From Thermodesulfobacteriota bacterium (GTDB taxonomy: Bacteria; Desulfobacterota_D; UBA1144; Nemesobacterales; UBA2774): a stretch of 64,000 nucleotides of DNA. The translations under genes and the position numbers were made by a program. The notes beneath the pieces are model-generated. The model did no database searches and had not been told where the DNA came from. It saw only the letters and a list, made by a program, of their open reading frames with translations. Positions 10,668 through 21,079 of the stretch are shown piece after piece (position 1 is the first letter of the stretch; each line of letters opens with the position of its first letter). The stretch lies in NCBI GenBank assembly GCA_965223335.1, contig OZ244991.1:2272001-2336000 (forward strand), in the 5' to 3' direction.

Positions 10668-11336
10668 ATGAAAACAAAGGTGTTCTGTCCACAATGCTAT
10701 TCTATCACTTATGCTATACAAAGCCCTTTTAAGAGCCTTGTTATAGCGGGTTTATCAATAGGTTTTGGTGTTATGTATTTATTATCATATCAAGAACAAA
10801 AGTCAGTATCTGATAATGCATCTTATTTGATTCTTAGTCTTGCTATATTGCTAATATTTTTCGGTGTTAAAATCATTCGTAAACGCCAGAAACCACCTGC
10901 TACATGTCCAAAATGTACATTTAGGAATACAAAGAGTCTCGGTTCCAATGAAGCACTTGCTATTATATACACCTATAATTTATCTTCGGAATTCGACAAA
11001 TCTGATCTTTGTACAAATTGCCATTATATTGGTGAGGGTATTCCTACCCAAATAAGTACCATCTTCGGCGCAATATTCTTGCTAGTATTGGGTATTGTGT
11101 ATATATCTCTTGGTGTTACAAGCGATTCAATCCGATTATATGGAGGTGCTATATTCCTACTATTCGGACTTTATTGCTTATATCCTCACATCCGCAATCG
11201 CAAAATCTGCCCCAAATGCAGCAAGAAATCGGTGATTTCTGTAGATTCAAATCTTGCCCAACAAATAATCCAAGACCATAAACTCACAATCTCAGAACCT
11301 TCCAAGGAAGAGTCGTACCCATCAGTTTCACAGTAA
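10668..11336 (+). CDS. Double-domain CxxC-2TM-CxxC membrane protein
   Basis: CPQC/CPKC and CTNC/CPKC each flanking two TM helices. Confidence 0.85.
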   Translation: MKTKVFCPQCYSITYAIQSPFKSLVIAGLSIGFGVMYLLSYQEQKSVSDNASYLILSLAILLIFFGVKIIRKRQKPPATCPKCTFRNTKSLGSNEALAIIYTYNLSSEFDKSDLCTNCHYIGEGIPTQISTIFGAIFLLVLGIVYISLGVTSDSIRLYGGAIFLLFGLYCLYPHIRNRKICPKCSKKSVISVDSNLAQQIIQDHKLTISEPSKEESYPSVSQ

Positions 11337-11356
11337 ACCTCAAAACAAATATATCT

Positions 11357-13315
11357 TCACTCAACCCTTATATCCTCATAGAATACCTTATCTATGCCTC
11401 CTAACCACCTATTATCACTCACTACATATGCTTCAACCATATCTATTAGCCCCATCATCTCCATCTCCTCCCACGTTACATCCACAATCTCATCACTATA
11501 ATCTGTTTTTGCCGCCACCAGGTCCGAGAACAACTTTAAAATAGAGTCCATAGTCGCATCCCAGAAATCACTCAGGCTGTCAAAGTTGCCTTTCAAGGTT
11601 TCGAATATCAGGTCCCCAAAGTTCTGGCTTATGTTCGCTACCACATTCGCCGCATATACCCCAAACTCGTCAAGTATTCCCTTTGATGCCTCTGTACCTC
11701 TCTCGACCCCTTCCGCCATCTCCTCAAATTCCTGCGAGCTTGGTAGATTGATTTCAGGGGTTAATCCAAATTTAGCTAGGGTGTTATTTACCTCTATTAA
11801 CTTATTTCCCGCCGCTTCCAGCTCCTCACTGGTCCACTCCCTCGTTGTTCGAGCTAACCCAGTTATAGCTGTTTCGTTGTCTGATATGTTGTTCGAGTTC
11901 TTAGCCAATGCCGAATTGAAATTGTTCAATGCCCCTTCTGCATTATTTACTTGTTCGGACACATTCTTAAAATTCTCTGCCGTTTCATCATTCGCTATCC
12001 CACCACCAGGGATTTCAATATTACCGGTTCGAACTTGGTCCATTATATTCAACAGGTCACGCAATCCTTCTGATACAAGTGGCAATCCCCCAGCCCCAAA
12101 TGCACGCATAGATGTATCTAGGTTCTTAATTACCGGTTGAAATTTCTCAAATTGTGCCTGCTCCTTTTGTAATGCCTCGGCAATATCTATTATTTCTCCA
12201 CTATCTGTCTCTCCTACGATGCCCTTGAATTCAATACTCAGTTGAGTGGGTGGTATTTGACCCTGTACCTCTTGAATATCTTGCAGTACCCCCAGCATTT
12301 CATCTAGCCCATCTACTACTAGGGGTAAAGCCCCGGCACCAAAAGTCCTAAAACTATCTTCATAGTTCTCGAACAGAGGTTCAAAGTTTTCAAACTGTTC
12401 AAACTGCCGTACTAATTCATTAGTAACGCTCTTTATGTCACCGCTGGTTGTCTCTCCAAATACTGCACCAATGTTTAATTCACTGTTAAAATTCTTTATA
12501 GATTCTTGGAATCTCTCCTGTTCCTCCTGAGCTTCTCTTAATTTTTCATTATATTTTTCTACTCCTTTTAAGAATGGACTATTTTCTGCTTCCTCATCCA
12601 TTATTATCGGCAGATTTAACCTCATAGCCTCCCAATTATCTATAATCGCTAAAATACCCGCTGCTATACCTGTCAAAGATAGACCAATTACAGAAAATTT
12701 CCCTACTGGGGAACTAACAAGCGCAGCTAATCCCGCTCGTAGTGCGGTTACGATTCTTCCCAAAGATGTTAGACTTGAATTTAAGGTTTTGAAGTCAAGA
12801 CTTGCTAAAAATTTAACGAGTTTGTTGAAATTTAAGATTATGTACAAAACTAAGGGATCTAAGAAATTGAGATTCTGTAATAGTTGATTAAAAAGTGGAT
12901 TTAATAAATATAATGCTCTCACTGATGCTACTACGAATTCATCAATCTGAGACCAGAAGACAAGGAGTCCTCTAGCAAATCTCTCTAATATTGGATTTGA
13001 TGTTTCTAAGATCTCAGAACCAACTAGACTAAGAAGTTGCAAGAAATCAAATAGTACATTTTGAGACTCTCTTAATGCTTCTCTCGCATGTTCAACAATT
13101 GATTCAAATACTTCATCAAAACTAGACCCACTCCTCCACAGTTCACTCATATTAGTGGAAGTGTTTTGTAATTCTTGGTTCAACTGGTTGAAAGTGCTGT
13201 TACTTCCTGCTACTTGGTTTATTGATTCAGATGCTTTATCAGCATCTACTGAAAGTTGTTTTATAGCACTAGTGTCTACCGAAAAATGTAGACTAATTTC
13301 ATTCATTTCAGGCAT
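11357..13315 (-). CDS. Truncated TMP paralog C (652 aa)
   Basis: About 400 aa near-identical to D, divergent segment near N-terminus, ends in KTDYSDEIVDVTWEEM tail. Confidence 0.85.
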   Translation of the reverse strand: MPEMNEISLHFSVDTSAIKQLSVDADKASESINQVAGSNSTFNQLNQELQNTSTNMSELWRSGSSFDEVFESIVEHAREALRESQNVLFDFLQLLSLVGSEILETSNPILERFARGLLVFWSQIDEFVVASVRALYLLNPLFNQLLQNLNFLDPLVLYIILNFNKLVKFLASLDFKTLNSSLTSLGRIVTALRAGLAALVSSPVGKFSVIGLSLTGIAAGILAIIDNWEAMRLNLPIIMDEEAENSPFLKGVEKYNEKLREAQEEQERFQESIKNFNSELNIGAVFGETTSGDIKSVTNELVRQFEQFENFEPLFENYEDSFRTFGAGALPLVVDGLDEMLGVLQDIQEVQGQIPPTQLSIEFKGIVGETDSGEIIDIAEALQKEQAQFEKFQPVIKNLDTSMRAFGAGGLPLVSEGLRDLLNIMDQVRTGNIEIPGGGIANDETAENFKNVSEQVNNAEGALNNFNSALAKNSNNISDNETAITGLARTTREWTSEELEAAGNKLIEVNNTLAKFGLTPEINLPSSQEFEEMAEGVERGTEASKGILDEFGVYAANVVANISQNFGDLIFETLKGNFDSLSDFWDATMDSILKLFSDLVAAKTDYSDEIVDVTWEEMEMMGLIDMVEAYVVSDNRWLGGIDKVFYEDIRVE

Positions 13316-13395
13316 TTACATCTCCCCTTATGAAACAATTATCTTAAAAAAAAACGCGTCTAGTTTATTATTTTCACAAAAGTTATAATTTTGTT

Positions 13396-14169
13396 ATGAA
13401 ATCACTTTGTATTAGTTGTCAGTACGTTGGAGAACCAATTGAAGAAAAAAATTGTGACCTCAAAGGGGTAATCCAATATTCAGTCTATGCAGCTATATTC
13501 ACGCTTATTGGGTTACGTTATCCTATATCCTTTGTAGGGGCATATTTTTTTGCGTTTAAAGCAATTCTTGAATTTGGCTGTTATTATGAATTTATGGATA
13601 TTTGTCCTGCGTGTAATACAGAAAACTTTCTTCCAAAATATTTTTCTCAGATACACAATAGTTTGTTAACCGACTGTGTTGTCGATAACCATATAAGACC
13701 AGAAGAACTAGACTATGGTATAATTACTTCTTTTTTAAAATATAAAGAGTTAAAGGTTTGCACTTTCTGTAGTTATCTTGGACTTAATTGGGAACAACAA
13801 AGTTTTCACATTAAAAGTGGTGTATTAATGCTTATCGGAGGCCTAGTATCCATTCCGCTAGCATACATTAGTCCATATCTTTTGTTGGGTAGTTATTTCT
13901 TTATTATCTCAGGTATTTTAACAATACTAACATCTGTTAGTGGTTCAAAGAAATGTCCAAATTGTGAATACAAATCACTTATTCCTATAGATTCTAAAGG
14001 AGCAGAATCTATTCTAGAAGAAAAGAGCATTAGATATACTCCTGACTCAAACTCATTGAATCTTCCTACAATTAGCCGATCCACTAATAACGTAATAATA
14101 GCTAGTCTGCTAGTATCAGCTACCTATCTTTACTACCGACTCTTCCTCTACTTCAATTCCCTAAATTAA
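13396..14169 (+). CDS. Double-domain CxxC-2TM-CxxC membrane protein, YYRLFLYFNSLN subfamily
   Basis: CISC/CPAC, CTFC/CPNC, shared C-terminus. Confidence 0.85.
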   Translation: MKSLCISCQYVGEPIEEKNCDLKGVIQYSVYAAIFTLIGLRYPISFVGAYFFAFKAILEFGCYYEFMDICPACNTENFLPKYFSQIHNSLLTDCVVDNHIRPEELDYGIITSFLKYKELKVCTFCSYLGLNWEQQSFHIKSGVLMLIGGLVSIPLAYISPYLLLGSYFFIISGILTILTSVSGSKKCPNCEYKSLIPIDSKGAESILEEKSIRYTPDSNSLNLPTISRSTNNVIIASLLVSATYLYYRLFLYFNSLN

Positions 14170-14197
14170 TCCAGTTATCCACATCTTTTCCACACCT

Positions 14198-14311
14198 TTA
14201 TTCCGCAATTTCATTGACCGATTCAGATGCTTTTTCTGCGTCTTGTGATAGCTGTTTGATCTGACTTGTGTCCACAGAAAAATGAAGACTAATCTCATTC
14301 ATTTCAGGCAT
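14198..14311 (-). CDS. Mini-TMP 1, 37 aa (MPEMNEISLHFSVDTSQIKQLSQDAEKASESVNEIAE)
   Basis: Hand translation; homologous to N-terminus of C and D; SD-like GAGGTGG upstream. Confidence 0.65.
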   Translation of the reverse strand: MPEMNEISLHFSVDTSQIKQLSQDAEKASESVNEIAE

Positions 14312-14389
14312 TTATACCACCTCGTATAACATCGCAAATACTGATATTTGTATCTAGTTAATTAGTTTCTAAAAAGTTATAATTTAGGT
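14312..14389. promoter_or_regulatory. 78-bp divergent spacer repeated at 20018-20095, 21002-21079, 28210-28287 (related 80-bp copy at 13316-13395)
   Basis: Near-identical sequence; carries the SD of the TMP ORF and TATAAT 6 nt before the plus-strand ATG. Confidence 0.85.
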
Positions 14390-15160
14390 ATGAAATCGAT
14401 TTGTATAAGTTGTAACTACATTGGTGAATCGGAAGATGTTGCCAAGTGTGATCATTTGACAATAGCACTCTATTTCCTTATTGGTGCATTGTTTGTCCCA
14501 TTCGGTTTTTATTATCCAATATTATTTATAGGAACTTATTTTTTTATCATGAAGGCAATTATTGGAATTTCATGTTGTTATGAATATATGAGTAAATGTC
14601 CAAAATGTAATATGAATAATTTTCTTCCAACAAGTTTTTTCGAACAATATGACTTATTAAACAATCATCACAGTAATAATAAATTCTCCAACGATGCGCT
14701 TGATTATAACAAGGTAGTTTCTTTTCTGAAATTCAAGCAGTTAAAAGTTTGTACATTTTGTGACTACATAGGATTAACTAGAGGACAACAAGATTTTAGT
14801 TTAATAGTGGGTGTTTTAACATTTATTTCAGGTATTTTTTTGATACCATTTGCATACAGTAGTTCATTACTATTAATTGGAAGTTATATTTTTATCGTTT
14901 TAGGTCTGTTAGCAATCTTTGCAAATATTCGTGATTCAAAGAAATGTCCCAAATGCGAAAACAAATCACTTATACCTATAGATTCTAAAGTAGCAAAGCC
15001 CATTTTAGAGAAAAAAGGTATTAAGTATAATCCTGTTGATAGACCATTTAGTATTCCCAAACTTGAATATCATTTTGCAATAAAATTGTTTTTCATCTTA
15101 ATCACAATCATAACCTACATCTACTACCGCCTGTTCCTCTACTTCAATTCCCTAAATTAA
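14390..15160 (+). CDS. Double-domain CxxC-2TM-CxxC membrane protein, YYRLFLYFNSLN subfamily
   Basis: CISC/CPKC, CTFC/CPKC. Confidence 0.85.
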   Translation: MKSICISCNYIGESEDVAKCDHLTIALYFLIGALFVPFGFYYPILFIGTYFFIMKAIIGISCCYEYMSKCPKCNMNNFLPTSFFEQYDLLNNHHSNNKFSNDALDYNKVVSFLKFKQLKVCTFCDYIGLTRGQQDFSLIVGVLTFISGIFLIPFAYSSSLLLIGSYIFIVLGLLAIFANIRDSKKCPKCENKSLIPIDSKVAKPILEKKGIKYNPVDRPFSIPKLEYHFAIKLFFILITIITYIYYRLFLYFNSLN

Positions 15161-15602
15161 TCCTTTATCCACATCTTTTCCACAGTTTTGGCACGGTGAA
15201 AAATATTCTAGAATATACTTTATATGTTATCTCTAACTAGTATAATAATATTAGATATTATGGCTCACCATGCTATTGCGTTAACAAATATTTTAACGAT
15301 ATTTACCAACTTATCCACAGTTTATCAGAATCCCACTGCATAAAATCTCACTAGTTTTATTTTTCTTTCGAATTGTAGTCAAAATTCAGCCAATTATGCC
15401 TCAAAACTACGTCCATTTTTACCCCTCATCCACTCCCATTCCCCAATATCTCGCATCAACTTCTCCTATCGGCCCTAATCTATCGTAATTACAGAATTAA
15501 CCATTATTTTTATGCCTAATAATAACGTCTCTATTCACACCCTATCCATAACTATATTATCAGGTCTTACACAATAGGGATTTATAATATGTATCCGTAT
15601 AT

Positions 15603-15650
15603 AAAAGGACCGCAGCCCCCGGAATTCCAGGCAAGAATCGGGGGCTGTGG
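15603..15650. terminator. GC-rich hairpin downstream of TMP-D, possible terminator
   Basis: CCGCAGCCCCCG...CGGGGGCTGTGG; short U-tract on the minus strand. Confidence 0.45.
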
Positions 15651-15781
15651 CGATCACAAAACATGGGATGTCAAGCACTGTGAACGGCTCTCTATTTGTA
15701 CACTCAAGCCAAGTCACGCTTGCTAGTTAATTTATACTAACCCAATATTTGAAAGTGCGAAAGTAGCGAATTTATTTTTTT

Positions 15782-18700
15782 TTAATTTAATCTTTTATGG
15801 CTTACTTCCTGCACTGTATTCCTCAGCATTCCCACTCTCATGCTCCGTTCAATCGCCTTCTCAATCTCCCTCGGCAGCACCTTGTCCGAGCCTTTAGTGG
15901 TACTCTTTATCTCAAAATTATTAATTATTGTGATGTCCCCGCTTTCTTTCTCTCTATTACCCGCAAGTGCAGCCTGCTGCCTCGGGGTCAGCACCATCTC
16001 CCCCGCGCTCAGCCTCGCAAGCCCTGCATTTTGCATTATTCCCCCGCCGTGGAACACGGGCACATTCGTAAGCGCCCCCTTGATCTCCTTTAGCACCGTA
16101 AGCTGCGCCTGATCGATCTCGACTATCTGCTGATCGATATTAACCATCTCCTGGCTCAAGTCCGATATCCTCTGCAGCCCCTCTATCTCTGTCTTAATCC
16201 CCGCGGCCTCGAGCTCCTCCAGCTGTGCGAGTCTTTCCTCCAGTATCGCAATCGCTTCGTTACGCATAAATTCAAACAGCGCCTGCACACGCTCAGATGC
16301 CTGGAATGTAGCCTGCACGTTCTGCGATCCTATTGCCGACAGTTGTTCTCTAAGCGTCTCTATCCGCAGGTCGATGCCCTCTAGCATCACGTTTCGCTCG
16401 GCGTTTAGCCTCTCTATCTCGGCGTTTATCTCCTCCACCGACCGGCTTGCGTTCTCTGTAAATTCTGCAAGCGAGCTCAACCCGCCCGTAACCTGCTCAA
16501 ATATCGCTACAAACTCGGGGCTGTTCACGCCAAAGGCATCCCCCGCCAGGTCAAACAGCGTCTTAAACGCGTCCTCCATCCTGCGTGCCAGCTCTATCTG
16601 GCGCTCCGGGTCGTTTGTGGACGCAAGCTCCGTCTGCAGTCCCGCCAACTCCCCCTGCAGCATGTTTATCTGCTCTACCGTTGTAAACACACTCTCGGCG
16701 CTAAACACAATGCTCCGTAGTGTCTCGCGTATGCTCTCGGTCAGGCTCGCAAATTCCTCCGCCAGCCTAAGCTCCTCTTGCAGGGCCTCTAGCCTAGTAT
16801 CAAAGTTCTCTTCTATTAATTTTTTCTCGCGCTCAAGTCCCGCTATCCGGCTCTCTATCCCTCGGCGCTGCGCTTGTGCACGTGCCTCGGCGGCTGCCTG
16901 TGCCGCGGCCTGCTCCGCCTGCAACAGCCCTGTGGCCAGCGAGTTCAATTGTCCCAACAGGCCTTCACGCTCGCTCAGCGACAGACCACCGCCCTCAAGC
17001 GCACCCTGTATCGAGTCTATGGCCTGGTTCATGTACCCTGTGGTGTCCACAGCAGTACCGCCAATGCTCACAATCGTGCTGTTAAGCTGGTCCACCACAC
17101 CCAGTATGTTTATTACCGAGTCTACTATCTCTGAGCGCAGTGCGATTATGGCGTTACGAAGCTCCACAAAGTCCTGCACAGTGCTTGCATCCAGCTCAAC
17201 ATTATTAAGCAGCTCCCTAAGCCTCGCATTAAACTCTTCGAGCGAGGGCACACCATCAAATCCCAGAGTGTCTGCAAGGCTCTTTACACTGTTTATAGCA
17301 GCTGTAATGCTGTCCCCCGCGTTACCCTCTATTATGTTAAACGCGTCTACAAATGCGCTAAAGTCCTCCAGCAGCTCCTGCCCCACCTGGGCCCGCTCCT
17401 CTCTACTGCTAGTGTTTTTAAAGTCCTCTAATCTACCCGCTAAAAATTCCGAAGCCGCTTCGGGCAGCACACCAAGCGACTCAAACGCAGTCTGTAGAAA
17501 GTCGTCAATGGCAAACAAAAACTTCGCCTGCAGCTCCCCGTTTATAAACTGCTCAAATTTCTTCTTGATCTCTTTACCCTTAGCGTCAAATTCCAGGAAC
17601 CTTTCACCTTTTATTACCGTGTCTATATCAAGCTGTGTGTTTGACAACTGCTCCCTAAGCGTTTCGGCCATGTCAGACGGCAGTCTGTTTATAATCTCAA
17701 GCACGTTGTCCGCGGCCTGCTCGAGTGTCTCCTGCAGTATTTGTTTTATCTTATCGTCCCCGCCCACTCCCAGGCCCGCCTTTCTCTTTACCGATATCTG
17801 CGCAATTTCATCTACAAAGAAATCCTCATCCAAAATCTCTTTTACAAACGCCGCTCTACGCCCTGCCTCTGTTTTTATCGAGTCAAAGTCCAGATCCAGC
17901 CTCGGTTTCTTTTTAAAGAATCCTTTTAGGATCTGAAACACCGGTATCGCTATTGCTAATATTTGCCCAACCACTGGTATTGCTTTGAACACTGTACTCG
18001 CAATTCCCGCAATAGCCTTACCTATTCCCCCAAGTAGCCCTCCTTCTGCAAATAGCCCCTTAACCCCATCTATCAAATTACTCACACCGGGTATCTTGCT
18101 AATCCCTTTTCCAATATTCTTAAAACCGTCTATTATGCCGCCTAGCTGCATTTTAGTGCCGCCCTGTTGGCCACCACCTTCTGCGTTCTCTACCTTAGGT
18201 TTTATTAAATAAATAATCGGTTTTGAAAGAATTCCCGCCACCAGGTCCGAGAACGACTTTAAAATAGAGTCCATAGTCGCATCCCAAAAATCACCCAAGC
18301 TGTCAAAGTTGCCTTTTAAAGTTTCGAATATCAGGTCGCCAAAGTTCTGGCTTATGTTCGCTACCACATTCGCCGCATACACCCCAAATTCATCAAGTAT
18401 TCCTTTAGATGCCTCCGTACCTCTTTCAACTCCTTCCACCATCTCATCAAATTCCTGCCCGCTTGGCAGGTTAATTTCAGGGGTTAATCCAAACTTAGCT
18501 AGGGTGTTATTTACCTCTATTAACTTATTTCCCGCCGCTTCCAGCTCCTCACTGGTCCATTCCCTTGTTGTTCGAGCTAACCCAGTTATAGCTGTTTCGT
18601 TATCTGCTACGTTGTTTGTGTTCTTAGCCAATGCCGAATTGAAATTGTTCAATGCCCCTTCTGCATTATGTACTTGTTCGGACACATTCTTAAAATTCTC

Positions 18701-20017
18701 TGCCGTTTCATCATTCGCTATCCCCCCACCTGGGATTTCAATATTACCGGTTCGAACTTGGTCCATTATATTCAACAGGTCACGCAATCCTTCTGATACA
18801 AGTGGCAATCCCCCAGCCCCAAATGCACGCATAGATGTATCTAGGTTCTTAATTACCGGTTGAAATTTCTCAAATTGTGCCTGCTCCTTTTGTAATGCCT
18901 CGGCAATATCTATTATTTCTCCACTATCTGTCTCTCCTACAATACCCTTGAATTCAATACTCAGTTGAGTGGGTGGTATTTGACCCTGTACTTCTTGAAC
19001 ATCTTGCAGTACCCCCAGCATTTCATCTAGCCCCTCTACTACTAGGGGTAAAGCCCCGGCACCAAACGTCCTAAAACTATCTTCATAGTTCTCGAACAAA
19101 GGTTCAAAGTTTTCAAACTGTTCAAACTGCCGTACTAATTCATTAGTAACGCTCTTTATGTCACCGCTGGTTGTCTCTCCAAAAACTGCACCAATGTTTA
19201 ATTGGCTATTAAAATTCTTTATAGATTCTTGAAATCTCTCCTGTTCCTCCTGAGCTTCTCTTAATTTTTCATTATATTTTTCTACTGCTTTTAAAAAAGT
19301 GCTGTCTTCAGCTTCCTCATCCATTATTATCGGGAGATTTAATCTCATCGCTTCCCAATTATCTATAATTGCTAAAATACCCGCTGCTATACCTGTCAAA
19401 GATAGACCAATCACTGAAAATTTCCCTACTGGTGAACTAACTAGCGCAGCTAATCCCGTTCTTAGTGCTGAAACAACACCTCCAGTAGCTCTTATACCTT
19501 CTATTAGATGTGTTAAGTTAGTGCTCAAGATGATGTCAATTAATTGTGCAATTTGCTGGCGTAGTATAAAAACAATTGGACCAAATACGTTAAAATTATT
19601 TAAGATTTGATGTATTACTGGATTAAGTACATATGCTAATCTAGTTATATTAAATAAAAATTCTTCAGTCTCTTGATAGGTTCTTGTTATTTCATCAAAT
19701 ATAGCTTGTGATATTCTAGAACCGATTTCACTAAATATGAGAGCAATATCAGTAATTGAAGTTGTTGTAAAATCAAATGCTAGTTTTATAAGTTCTGCTA
19801 TTGAACTTAATGAATCAGCAAAAGATGTGCTATTGTTCGATAAGTCGTTCACGTTTTTAGCAGTACTGATCAATTCTTGATTAAGTTGATTGAACGTACT
19901 ACTACTTTCACCGACTCTATTGATAGACTCAGATGCTTTTTCTGCGTCTTCTGACAGTTTATTAATCTCGCTAGTATCTACTGAAAATTGTAGACTAATT
20001 TCATTCATCTCTGGCAT
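15782..20017 (-). CDS. Tape measure protein, full-length copy D (1411 aa)
   Basis: C-terminal body near-identical to A, N-terminal half shared with C, ends with FHGGG...ARLSAGEMVL TMP motif. Confidence 0.9.
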   Translation of the reverse strand: MPEMNEISLQFSVDTSEINKLSEDAEKASESINRVGESSSTFNQLNQELISTAKNVNDLSNNSTSFADSLSSIAELIKLAFDFTTTSITDIALIFSEIGSRISQAIFDEITRTYQETEEFLFNITRLAYVLNPVIHQILNNFNVFGPIVFILRQQIAQLIDIILSTNLTHLIEGIRATGGVVSALRTGLAALVSSPVGKFSVIGLSLTGIAAGILAIIDNWEAMRLNLPIIMDEEAEDSTFLKAVEKYNEKLREAQEEQERFQESIKNFNSQLNIGAVFGETTSGDIKSVTNELVRQFEQFENFEPLFENYEDSFRTFGAGALPLVVEGLDEMLGVLQDVQEVQGQIPPTQLSIEFKGIVGETDSGEIIDIAEALQKEQAQFEKFQPVIKNLDTSMRAFGAGGLPLVSEGLRDLLNIMDQVRTGNIEIPGGGIANDETAENFKNVSEQVHNAEGALNNFNSALAKNTNNVADNETAITGLARTTREWTSEELEAAGNKLIEVNNTLAKFGLTPEINLPSGQEFDEMVEGVERGTEASKGILDEFGVYAANVVANISQNFGDLIFETLKGNFDSLGDFWDATMDSILKSFSDLVAGILSKPIIYLIKPKVENAEGGGQQGGTKMQLGGIIDGFKNIGKGISKIPGVSNLIDGVKGLFAEGGLLGGIGKAIAGIASTVFKAIPVVGQILAIAIPVFQILKGFFKKKPRLDLDFDSIKTEAGRRAAFVKEILDEDFFVDEIAQISVKRKAGLGVGGDDKIKQILQETLEQAADNVLEIINRLPSDMAETLREQLSNTQLDIDTVIKGERFLEFDAKGKEIKKKFEQFINGELQAKFLFAIDDFLQTAFESLGVLPEAASEFLAGRLEDFKNTSSREERAQVGQELLEDFSAFVDAFNIIEGNAGDSITAAINSVKSLADTLGFDGVPSLEEFNARLRELLNNVELDASTVQDFVELRNAIIALRSEIVDSVINILGVVDQLNSTIVSIGGTAVDTTGYMNQAIDSIQGALEGGGLSLSEREGLLGQLNSLATGLLQAEQAAAQAAAEARAQAQRRGIESRIAGLEREKKLIEENFDTRLEALQEELRLAEEFASLTESIRETLRSIVFSAESVFTTVEQINMLQGELAGLQTELASTNDPERQIELARRMEDAFKTLFDLAGDAFGVNSPEFVAIFEQVTGGLSSLAEFTENASRSVEEINAEIERLNAERNVMLEGIDLRIETLREQLSAIGSQNVQATFQASERVQALFEFMRNEAIAILEERLAQLEELEAAGIKTEIEGLQRISDLSQEMVNIDQQIVEIDQAQLTVLKEIKGALTNVPVFHGGGIMQNAGLARLSAGEMVLTPRQQAALAGNREKESGDITIINNFEIKSTTKGSDKVLPREIEKAIERSMRVGMLRNTVQEVSHKRLN

Positions 20018-20095
20018 TTATACCACCTCATATAACATCACAAATCCTCATATTTGTATCTAGTTAATTAGTTTCTAAAAAGTTATAATTTAAAT

Positions 20096-20860
20096 ATGAA
20101 GTCGATATGCGTTAGCTGCAACTACATAGGTCAGTTAGAAAAGGGTAGACAGTGCGATCATCTAGCGACTGCAGTATATTTTATGATTGCAGCATTATTT
20201 GCCCTATTCGGTTATTATTATCCATTACTGTTCATTGGGACTTATTTTTTTGTCTTACGAGGCATTCTAGCAATTTCATGTTGTTATGAAAATATGAGTA
20301 AATGCCCCAAATGTAATACTAAAAATTTACTACCCTCGAATTTTCTTAATAAATATATTAGTGAGATGAAGCTAGATATGACAAATAGTAAATTTGTATC
20401 ATCAGGGCTCGATGTGAGTAGGTACTTAAAATTTAAAGAAGTAAAGATATGTACTTTTTGTAATTACATAGGTCTTACTTGGGAGCAACAAAATTTCAGC
20501 TTGGTCATGGGAGTATTATTTGTTATAGCAGGTTTACTATTTATTTCAATTGCAACGATCAACGCTTTCCTAATTATAGGTAGCTTTATATTTGTAATCA
20601 TCGGCATTTTAATAATATTAGCATCTATAAGTGATGCAAAAAAATGTCCTAAATGTGAATATAAATCACTTATTCCTATTGATTCTAGAGGCGGGAAATT
20701 TATTCTAGAAGAAAAGAGTATCAATTTTAGTACACCGATTAGGTCATCTCGTATCCCAACTATATCTTACGATAATGGCATATTTTATACTGCATTTATA
20801 TTAATATTAGCTACCTACATCTACTACCGCTTATTCCTCTACTTCAACTCCCTAAATTAA
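20096..20860 (+). CDS. Double-domain CxxC-2TM-CxxC membrane protein, YYRLFLYFNSLN subfamily
   Basis: CVSC/CPKC, CTFC/CPKC. Confidence 0.85.
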   Translation: MKSICVSCNYIGQLEKGRQCDHLATAVYFMIAALFALFGYYYPLLFIGTYFFVLRGILAISCCYENMSKCPKCNTKNLLPSNFLNKYISEMKLDMTNSKFVSSGLDVSRYLKFKEVKICTFCNYIGLTWEQQNFSLVMGVLFVIAGLLFISIATINAFLIIGSFIFVIIGILIILASISDAKKCPKCEYKSLIPIDSRGGKFILEEKSINFSTPIRSSRIPTISYDNGIFYTAFILILATYIYYRLFLYFNSLN

Positions 20861-20887
20861 TCCTTTATCCACATCTTTTCCACAGCC

Positions 20888-21001
20888 CTATTCCCCTATT
20901 TCATTAATCGAATACATTGCTTTTTCCGCTTCTTCCGATAGTTGTTTTATAGCACTTGTGTCTACTGAAAATTGTAGACTAATCTCATTCATTTCAGGCA
21001 T
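20888..21001 (-). CDS. Mini-TMP 2, 37 aa (MPEMNEISLQFSVDTSAIKQLSEEAEKAMYSINEIGE)
   Basis: Hand translation; same length and position as mini 1 and 3. Confidence 0.65.
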   Translation of the reverse strand: MPEMNEISLQFSVDTSAIKQLSEEAEKAMYSINEIGE

Positions 21002-21079
21002 TTATACCACCTCGCATAACATCGCAAATACTGATATTTGTATCTAGTTAATTAGTTTCTAAAAAGTTATAATTTAGGT

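Noticed and set aside
3172..17936. Long plus-strand ORFs 3172..5142 and 16374..17936, and similar Ser-rich ORFs opposite other genes
   Set aside because: Antisense shadows of the TMP and structural genes; no SD, low-complexity composition
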